A stretch of 64,000 nt of DNA from Candidatus Eiseniibacteriota bacterium. Lineage in GTDB: Bacteria > Eisenbacteria > RBG-16-71-46 > SZUA-252. The stretch lies in assembly GCA_963703225.1 (NCBI GenBank), contig OY969801.1, positions 1,728,001-1,792,000 of the forward strand, written 5' to 3'. Position numbers and translations under genes: made by a program. Positions 57,049 to 64,000 of the stretch are shown here, in pieces (positions within the stretch are counted from its first letter, which is position 1; each line of letters starts with the position of its first letter). The notes under the pieces were generated by a model that was given only the letters and a program-made list of their open reading frames with translations, was not told where the DNA came from and did no database searches.

Positions 57049-58405
57049 ACCGGCCGAAGCCGTCCCGGTCCACGAAATAGAACGTCTTGCGATCGCGATA
57101 GTAGTACCAAATCTCCTCCGGCGGACCGTCGAACCGGAATGGGTTCCGGACGATCTCGTCCGGCTGCCCATTCTGGATGTAGATGCGGCCCATGTCGGTC
57201 TTCCAGCCGGGACCACCCACCCCAAAGTGCTGGTCCGCGTACCGCACGCGCTTGTAGAACTCGTCCATCTTCTCATTGTCTGGCGTTTCTGGGCTCGGAT
57301 CGCGGCGCTGCCAGAACGATTCCCAAAAGGCTCGGCGCTCCTCCTCGGTTCGCAGATGGTCCATCTCCGCCGCCTCGGCGTCGCTGGCGATGTAGCGCAG
57401 CACCTCGATGGACGTGCGCGGATCGAGCGCCGCGGTGGCGGCGCTCTGCTCCACCGTGAACTCCTTCTCCCGTCGGATGGGAGTTGGCTTCTTGCGTCCC
57501 TTCACGGAAACCAGCGGGCTCGTGAGATCGAGAATGACCCGGTAGGTGCCCGCGTTGAGCGTGCCCAGCCGGGGCCGAATCACGAAGCGGGTCCGTACCC
57601 CGCGCCGGACGATGGAAGTGTCGCCTCGGGCCACATTGGGCTCGAAGTCGCTGGCAACCCGAAAGTGGAGGGTGTACGTCGAGTCGGGAGAGTCCGCCCG
57701 TCGATTGTCGACGATCTCCCCCAGCGCGACGAGGCGCGTCACGTCATCCGCGAAGTGCCGCGAGGGCTTGGGATCAATTTCCCCTCCTTCCACCGACACC
57801 CGCAGTGAATCGGCCCCGATGGTGCCGAGCGACAGGTCGGTGATCCAGATCTCCCCGGCAATGCCGGGGACCTCCACCGGAACCGTCGTCGTCGCTGTCC
57901 GTTCCGCGGTGAGATCGGTCAGCATGATCTCCGCCTCGTACTTGCCTGGCGGAAGTTGAAAGGTGATGTGATCAAAGATGTCCACTCCCTGGAGGTGGGT
58001 CTCCGCGTACCGCAATACCTGAAGCTCACGCGAGAATGCGTCGCCTGCGACCTGCTGTTTTCCTTTCTCCTTGGAGAAGATGACGCGTATTTCGTAGCCG
58101 GCGTGGTATCCGTCCGGTCGCCGCTCAAACAGGAGCTCGCTCCGCGCGAAGCGATAGTCGACCCGGACTTCGGGCGCGCCGGAATCCCCCGGCTGAATGG
58201 TGGCGTCCGCTGAAAACCGGGGACGCGAGAGGCTGATGCCGGGGCTGGGCATCTCGGGCTGGGCCGCCGGTCCCGGATTGGGATACTGCGCCAGGGCCCG
58301 GTCGACTGGCGCGAAAACGGTCGTCGCGAGGGCGACCATCGCGAGGAGCCTCAGCGCGGCGCGCCTCAGCCCTCTAACGAAGGAGAACGATCTGGCGCGC
58401 ATCAT
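57014..58405 (-). CDS. GWxTD-domain exported protein
   Basis: FW..RDP.P.T..NE...EFY.RV.YA, GWKTDMGRIYI..G.PD, EIWYY. Confidence 0.92.
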   Translation of the reverse strand: MMRARSFSFVRGLRRAALRLLAMVALATTVFAPVDRALAQYPNPGPAAQPEMPSPGISLSRPRFSADATIQPGDSGAPEVRVDYRFARSELLFERRPDGYHAGYEIRVIFSKEKGKQQVAGDAFSRELQVLRYAETHLQGVDIFDHITFQLPPGKYEAEIMLTDLTAERTATTTVPVEVPGIAGEIWITDLSLGTIGADSLRVSVEGGEIDPKPSRHFADDVTRLVALGEIVDNRRADSPDSTYTLHFRVASDFEPNVARGDTSIVRRGVRTRFVIRPRLGTLNAGTYRVILDLTSPLVSVKGRKKPTPIRREKEFTVEQSAATAALDPRTSIEVLRYIASDAEAAEMDHLRTEEERRAFWESFWQRRDPSPETPDNEKMDEFYKRVRYADQHFGVGGPGWKTDMGRIYIQNGQPDEIVRNPFRFDGPPEEIWYYYRDRKTFYFVDRDGFGRYELDLNRTQSQ

Positions 58406-60932
58406 CAATTCCCTGTCCGCGCAATCTGACGAAGTAGACCCCGTCGGTCACAGGACGGCCCCGCCCGTCGCGGCCGTTCCAGGTCACGTTTCCAAAGCCG
58501 CCGGCCGCGGGGGCCGGCGCGGTCGAATGGAGTACGAGCCGTCCCATCGCGTCGTGAATCGTCACCTCGATCGACCCTCCCGATCCGCCGCTCGTGACCC
58601 GGAAAGGAACGTTCAGGACCGCACCATTTCGAGGCCGGTAGGGATTGGGGTAAGCGCGACCGACAGCCGGCGTGGACGGAACGTAGAGAGAACCCTCGGC
58701 GACCTTTCGGGCGCTCCCGTCGACGAAGAACGCTTCGAGCCGGTACCGATAGGGGGTTCCCGCGGCGAGGGTCGTGTCGACCGCTCCCACGGCCGATGGG
58801 CTTAGGAGCGACGCATTGATCCGCGCTCCTTGGGGGTCGGATGTGCCCGGAGGGGTGGCCACGACATCCCGGTACAGGTTGAGGCCGGCCATCCCCGGCA
58901 GCACGACGGGACTCCAACCGATGGTCGCCTGGGGTGCCACCAGACCCGCGTCGAACTCGATCGTCAGGACCGGCACCGTCGTCGCGATCGGGCTCACCCG
59001 GTAGCGCTCGAGCGCGAAGCCGGCCGTCACGAGAAGCGTGTCCCCAACCCACCACGCGTCGCGGCTCACGCCCGGCACCCCGATCGGCCCGCGAATCGTG
59101 GGCGCGGATGGATTCGCGATGTCGACGACGAGCGCCCCCTCCCCTCCGGCCAGCAGGACCGCGGAATTCCCCGATCGCGCGACCCCCAGGAGGGCCGGGG
59201 TGGCCACCGAGGACGCGAGGGAAGGCGACGCGGGTCGAAAGACGTCGACGATCTGAAGCCCGGCCACCGCCGTGGCGACGAGCAGGAGGTCGCCGGAGAG
59301 GTCCAGGTCGAGTGCCGGCGTTCCGGAGAACGCGCCCACCAAACCGGGCGCATCGGGGTTTCCGAACCCGACCGAGAGAAGACCGAGCGAAGCGTCGGCG
59401 ATGAACGCGATCGTGTCCTTGACCGCGATCGCGCGCGGGTCGGGAACGCCGCCACCGATCTGCCCGCGCGGCGTGGGCGCCGCGGGAAGGCTCGTGTTCA
59501 CGAAGCTGATGCCGGCACCGATCGTCCCCCGACGACCGACGACCACAAGATCGGAGTCCACGACGGCAACCGCACTCGCGAGCCCCGGCAAGGTCAAGGA
59601 GCCAAGGAGTGTCGGGGCCGCGGGGTTGGCGACGTCCACGATTTGAAGACCCTGGCTCCCGGCGGCGAGGTAGGCCCTCTTCCGCGGAGGGTCGAGGGCG
59701 ACGTCGATGACGCTGGAATTGGGGCCGAGCGGGAGCACGCCCACGAGGCTCGTGTCGCTGTCGTCCGCGCGGTAGATCCGGAACCCTCCTGTGTAGTCGG
59801 CCACGTACGCATAGCCAGCGCTCCACGCGACCCGCCTGGTCCTCCCCGTTCCCCCGATCGCGGGGACCGCGAGCACCGTGTCGAGATCGCGCAGCTCGAT
59901 CAGGCTCTGCCCCACCTCATCGGGCTCCTGGGCCACGTCGACGTCCTGGGTCGCGATCACCACCCGGCTTCCGGAGAGGGTGACGTGGAACGGCTCGAGC
60001 GGGACCGAGTCGAACGTCGGGTTGATCAAGAGCTCGCCCGCCGGGCCCGAGCGGCGAAAGCGGGCCACCGTTCCGGCTTGCGCCGCGGCGACCACCACGG
60101 AATCGTTGGCGTCAACCGACCGCACGAACTTTCCAAATCCCACCGTATCGGTGATCAAGCTGTCGGGGACGTCAGCCACGATCAGTCCGGCATTCCCGGC
60201 CGCGATGAAGGCCAGGTCGCCCCGCCAGGCGAGGCCCGTGGGAGTTCGGTTAGGGACCTGGATTTCCCGGAGCGTTTCCGGCTGGGCGGCTCCACTCCGC
60301 AGGCGGTAGAGCGTGAGGAAGAGCCTAGGGGCCGGCGAGAAACGGGCGCTCACGACCAGGAAGGAATCCGCGCGCGCCACGATGCCGCGCGCCTGGCGCC
60401 CGTCGGCGAAATGGAGGGTCGAGAGCGGCGAGAGGGTGGCCGGCGACGTTCGGGCGAGGAAGTGAAGGTCCGGTCCGGACGCAGCCACAACACCATAGCC
60501 GTTGGGCGACACCGCTCCCAAAGTGACCCCACCGAGGCCCGAATACGATCCGATGGCGACAGGGGAGGCGGGGTTGGTGATATCGACAGCCACGATCCCC
60601 CGATCACCCGCGAAGAGGTAGACCGTGGCGCCGTCGACCGACAGTGCGTTCGCGGCTCCCGACGTGCAGAACGACCCGATCGGCGCGTCGCCTCCCAGCG
60701 CGGCATCGCGGATTTCGAATCCCCAACCGGTGGGGATGGCGTACCGACCCGCGACGCTCGGGACGCCCAGCAGAACCGCCGCGCCATACTCCGACGAAAT
60801 CGACGATGGAGCGCCCCGCGTCGCCACGACCTTGGGGCCGGCCTGGGCGATCGGTGCGACGGGGAGGAGGAGACAACCCCAGAGGAGAGGGAGCGTCAGG
60901 GGTCGCCGCCATCGAGCGGTCGGAGAGATCAT
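58374..60932 (-). CDS. LVIVD-repeat beta-propeller protein with FlgD/T9SS-type C-terminal domain
   Basis: Repeats GLQIVDVANPAAP, GIVAVDITNPASP, GALVVDIANPSAP; C-terminus AYPNP...IHD..GRLV...WNGRD..G.....GVYFVRL. Confidence 0.88.
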   Translation of the reverse strand: MISPTARWRRPLTLPLLWGCLLLPVAPIAQAGPKVVATRGAPSSISSEYGAAVLLGVPSVAGRYAIPTGWGFEIRDAALGGDAPIGSFCTSGAANALSVDGATVYLFAGDRGIVAVDITNPASPVAIGSYSGLGGVTLGAVSPNGYGVVAASGPDLHFLARTSPATLSPLSTLHFADGRQARGIVARADSFLVVSARFSPAPRLFLTLYRLRSGAAQPETLREIQVPNRTPTGLAWRGDLAFIAAGNAGLIVADVPDSLITDTVGFGKFVRSVDANDSVVVAAAQAGTVARFRRSGPAGELLINPTFDSVPLEPFHVTLSGSRVVIATQDVDVAQEPDEVGQSLIELRDLDTVLAVPAIGGTGRTRRVAWSAGYAYVADYTGGFRIYRADDSDTSLVGVLPLGPNSSVIDVALDPPRKRAYLAAGSQGLQIVDVANPAAPTLLGSLTLPGLASAVAVVDSDLVVVGRRGTIGAGISFVNTSLPAAPTPRGQIGGGVPDPRAIAVKDTIAFIADASLGLLSVGFGNPDAPGLVGAFSGTPALDLDLSGDLLLVATAVAGLQIVDVFRPASPSLASSVATPALLGVARSGNSAVLLAGGEGALVVDIANPSAPTIRGPIGVPGVSRDAWWVGDTLLVTAGFALERYRVSPIATTVPVLTIEFDAGLVAPQATIGWSPVVLPGMAGLNLYRDVVATPPGTSDPQGARINASLLSPSAVGAVDTTLAAGTPYRYRLEAFFVDGSARKVAEGSLYVPSTPAVGRAYPNPYRPRNGAVLNVPFRVTSGGSGGSIEVTIHDAMGRLVLHSTAPAPAAGGFGNVTWNGRDGRGRPVTDGVYFVRLRGQGIDDARQIVLLR

Positions 60933-60940
60933 TCGCCTCG

Positions 60941-60970
60941 ACGCTATCACGCGCCGGCGAAACCTCTCAA
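60941..60970 (-). promoter_or_regulatory. Candidate promoter for LVIVD-GWxTD-fur
   Basis: TTGAGA-18 nt-TAGCGT with TG extension, 8 nt before ATG. Confidence 0.5.
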
Positions 60971-60987
60971 GGCGTAAGTCTTTCCGC

Positions 60988-61017
60988 TTGTTCGGCGCCG
61001 CGGCGGTCGCGTAGGGT
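60988..61017 (+). promoter_or_regulatory. Candidate promoter for dedA
   Basis: TTGTTC-18 nt-TAGGGT, 7 nt before GTG. Confidence 0.4.
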
Positions 61018-61024
61018 TCCGCGC

Positions 61025-61681
61025 GTGAATTGGCTCGATCGGATCGTCGCACCCCTCGCCGCGTTCATTCTCGGCACCATCTCGACTCTCGGCTACGGAG
61101 GGATCGTTCTCTGCATGACCATCGAGAGCGCCTGCATCCCGCTCCCCAGCGAGATCATCATGCCCTTCTCCGGCTACCTCGTCACGACGGGCCGATTCAC
61201 GCTCTGGGGCGTGGTCCTCGCCGGCGCTCTGGGCAACGTGTTCGGCTCCTGGATCGCCTATGGGCTCGGCATGAAGGGGGGACGCCCTCTCGCCGAGCAG
61301 ATGGCTCGGTGGCGCATCATCCGAATCGAGGAGTACGACCGCGCGGACTCGTGGCTGAAGCGCCACGGCCTCCAGGTCGCGTTTTGGGCCAGGCTCATTC
61401 CGATCGTGCGAACCTTCATCTCCTTCCCCGCGGGCGCCGCGCGTGTTCCCTTTCGGCGGTTCACCCTGTACACGTTCCTCGGCTCCCTCCCGTGGACCTT
61501 GGGGCTGGCCTACGTCGGCGTCCTCTTCCGCGAGCACTGGGAGAACATTCGGCGTTACTGGCGCGGGCTCGATCTTGTCGTGGTGCTGGCGCTCCTCGCG
61601 CTGTTCGGGGTGTGGCTCTATCATCACCTCCGCCCCGCCCGCAACGGCCCGTCGGGCGGCCCGCCCGTCCCCCAGCGTTGA
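61025..61681 (+). CDS. DedA-family membrane protein
   Basis: ESACIPLPSEIIMPFSG, ARLIP.VRTFISFPAG. Confidence 0.93.
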   Translation: MNWLDRIVAPLAAFILGTISTLGYGGIVLCMTIESACIPLPSEIIMPFSGYLVTTGRFTLWGVVLAGALGNVFGSWIAYGLGMKGGRPLAEQMARWRIIRIEEYDRADSWLKRHGLQVAFWARLIPIVRTFISFPAGAARVPFRRFTLYTFLGSLPWTLGLAYVGVLFREHWENIRRYWRGLDLVVVLALLALFGVWLYHHLRPARNGPSGGPPVPQR

Positions 61682-61707
61682 CGCTTCTGGGCGCGCAATG
61701 CTAGACT
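61678..61707 (+). promoter_or_regulatory. Sigma70-type promoter of the tRNA pair
   Basis: TTGACG-18 nt-TAGACT with TG extension. Confidence 0.65.
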
Positions 61708-61718
61708 TCGCAGCCTCT

Positions 61719-61792
61719 TGGGGGATCGTCCAGTGGTAGGACACGTGGCTCTGGACCACGGTACAGGGGTTCGAATCCTCTTCCCCCAGCCA
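61719..61792 (+). tRNA. tRNA-Gln (CTG)
   Basis: Acceptor TGGGGGA/TCCCCCA, anticodon arm CGTGG-CTCTGGA-CCACG, GGTTCGAATCC, encoded CCA. Confidence 0.96.
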
Positions 61793-61828
61793 AATACATC
61801 GCATGCCACTTCGTAGAGCCGGCGTCGT

Positions 61829-61903
61829 GGCGCTATCGTCTAGGGGTTAGGACGGGTGGTTCTCAGCCATCAAACCGGGGTTCGAATCCCCGTAGCGCTA
61901 CCA
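61829..61903 (+). tRNA. tRNA-Glu (CTC)
   Basis: Acceptor GGCGCTA/TAGCGCT, anticodon arm GGTGG-TTCTCAG-CCATC, GGTTCGAATCC, encoded CCA. Confidence 0.96.
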
Positions 61904-61921
61904 GCCTCCCCCAGAGGGAGG

Positions 61922-64000
61922 GCGCGGCGATTTCTTTCGGCGATCCTCTTGGGGTGCCTCCTCCCGCCCGCCGTCGCCCACGCCCAGTCCAAGGCCGTCA
62001 TGGCGCCCCCGGGCGCTCTCCCGGCCAACGTGGAGCGGATCGATTCTCTCGGCGGGATCACACAATTCCGTCTTCGATCGAACGGGATGAAGATCTTGCT
62101 GTCCCCGAATCACGCCGCGCCGGTCATCACGTTCCTCGTGGTCTATCACGTCGGGTCGCGCAACGAAGCGCCCGGGAATACGGGTTCGGCGCACCTCCTC
62201 GAGCACATGCTCTTCAACAAGAGCACGCAGAATTTTGGGCGGGCCAACGGGCACAAGACGTTCCAAGAGGTGCTCTATGAGGCGGGCGCCGACTTCTCCA
62301 GCACGAACATGACCACGTGGAATGACCGGATGACCGGATATTCGACGCTGCCGGAGGAGGACCTCGACCTCGCCATGCGGATTGAGGCGGACCGGATGAG
62401 CCGTGCTCTGGTCCTGGACGAGGAGCGGAAACCAGAGATGTCGGTCGTGATCAACGAGTACGAGATTGGGGAGAACAACCCCTACCGGGCCCTCGAGAAG
62501 TCGGTCGTGGCCTCCTGCATCGTCGCCCATCCGTATCACTGGGCCACGATCGGGTACCGATCCGACCTGGAGGGGGTCCCCACGGAAAAGCTGCGGGAGC
62601 ACTATCGCAATTTCTTCTGGCCCGACAACGCGGAGGCGATCCTCGTCGGCGACTTCGATCCGGTGGACGCCCTGCGGATCTTCGACCGTGAGTTCGGAGC
62701 GCTCGCGAAATCGAAGACGCCGATCCCCACCGTGATCACCGTGGAGCCTCCCCAAGAGGGGGAGCGCCGCGTGGTGGTGAACCGTCCTGGCGAGGTGGGA
62801 ATCGTGGAGCTCGCATACCTGAGGCCGGGCTCGCTCCACCCCGACTTCATCCCGCTCGATCTTCTCTCCGCGATCCTCTCGAGCGGCGTGAACTCGAGGC
62901 TCTACCAGGCGCTGGTGGAAACCGGCCTCGCCACCGACATCCGCGCCTCGAACTACGCGTTGCGGGACCCCTATCCAATCTTGGTAACGGCGACGGTCGC
63001 GCCGACGGCGACGCACGAAAAGGTGGAGGCGGCCCTGAAGGCGGTGCTTCGCGATGTCGCCGAGAAGGGTGTCACGGCCGAGGAGCTCGCGCGGGCCAAG
63101 AGGAGGCTCGAGGTCTCCGTCATTCGCGGTCGCGACGGCACCTACGAGCTCGCCTCATCGCTCGGTGAGGCGGTGGCTTCCGCGAACTGGAGATGGTTCG
63201 TGACCTACCTCGATTCCATGCGGCTCGTGACCACCGCGGATATTGAGCGGGTGGCCCAGAAGTACTTTGTCCCCGAGCATGCGACGGTCGGGTGGTTCAT
63301 CCCGATTCGAAACAACCCGCCTCCGACGAAATCGGCACCGGCCGCCAAGAAGTCGCCGCGAACCAAGCGGCCCGGTGCGGGCGGCGCGTACGCGGCGGAA
63401 TCGGGGCCTGGCGCCACGTTTGCCGACCGGACGTTCCATCGCATTCTTCGAAACGGGATCACGCTCAACGTGGTCGCGAACGCGGCGGTCCCGACCGTAG
63501 CGGTCCACGGCCTGGCGCTCGCGGGGCGGCAGGAGGCGCCCGTGGGGAAGCCGGCGGTCCCCCAGCTGACCGCGGCGATGTTGACGCGGGGCACCCAAAC
63601 GCGCGACAAACGCGCGATCGCGGCGCTCCTCGACGGCGTTGGCGCGAGCATCTCGATCAACGCCGATTTGACTGAGGCCCCAATTCTCGGCGCGGCGCTT
63701 TCGAAGGACACGCGCCTGCTCCTCTCGGTGCTCGCCGACGAGCTCAAGAACCCGGCCTTCGCCCCTGGAGAGCTGGCCAAGGCGAAGAGCGAGCTGAAGG
63801 CCGACCTTCTCCGCGGCTACGAGAGCACGAGTCTTCGCGCTCGTGAGCGCCTGTCGCGGCTCGCGTTTCCCAAGGGGCATCCGTACCGCGCGGCCGACCG
63901 CGAGGAGATGCTCGCGAGCCTCGATGCCGCGACCGTGGCCGACCTTCGGGCCTTCCACCACGATCGATACGTCGGATCGGGAATCATTCTCTCGATCGTG
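61922..64000 (+). CDS. M16-family zinc metallopeptidase, two-module form; start uncertain, runs off the right edge
   Basis: Not in the ORF track. Manual translation: NGMKILL..NH.AP, Y.VGSRNE, GSAHLLEHM (HxxEH), HPY.W..IG, second module LRNG...MLTRGT...GHPY. Confidence 0.92.

Noticed and set aside
61793..64000. Integrative element at the tRNA pair
   Set aside because: No integrase or duplicated tRNA 3' end in the window; the downstream gene is an ordinary peptidase

Overview
High-GC bacterial chromosomal window, almost entirely housekeeping and cell-envelope genes. Gene content (Kdo/Lpt LPS genes, BamD, PorV-like barrel, T9SS-type C-terminal domains, GWxTD protein, rpoN-linked mannose-class PTS) suggests a diderm of the FCB superphylum, e.g. 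Ca. Eisenbacteria or a relative (inference only). Left 25.6 kb: 26 tightly coupled minus-strand genes, kdsB-pyrG-kdsA-kdsD-lptC-lptB-rpoN-hpf-hprK-IIA-IIB-IIC-IID-ptsH-ptsI-pgi/pmi-NTP transferase-metK-ahcY-ftsK-rimO-hyp-TPR-bamD-nadD-polA(partial). Middle: TonB-CTD lipoprotein and SPOR-like orphan next to a REPIN-like palindrome; radical SAM fusion-rng-rplU-rpmA-mdh; mreBCD-mrdA-rodA-lgt-aroE-comF; a rhomboid lacking its catalytic Ser; glutamate dehydrogenase. Right: an uncharacterised envelope cluster (LVIVD/CTD protein-GWxTD-Fur; a stand-alone porin-like protein with a long structured leader; TonB-dependent receptor-large CTD protein-PorV-like-dacB-LD-carboxypeptidase), then dedA, tRNA-Gln, tRNA-Glu and a partial M16 peptidase. 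Six small insertions break pyrG, the radical SAM gene, rodA and mrdA and are most likely sequencing errors. I saw no CRISPR array, prophage, transposase or rRNA. The best candidate for an undescribed system is the TBDR/CTD-protein/PorV cassette coupled to peptidoglycan peptidases.
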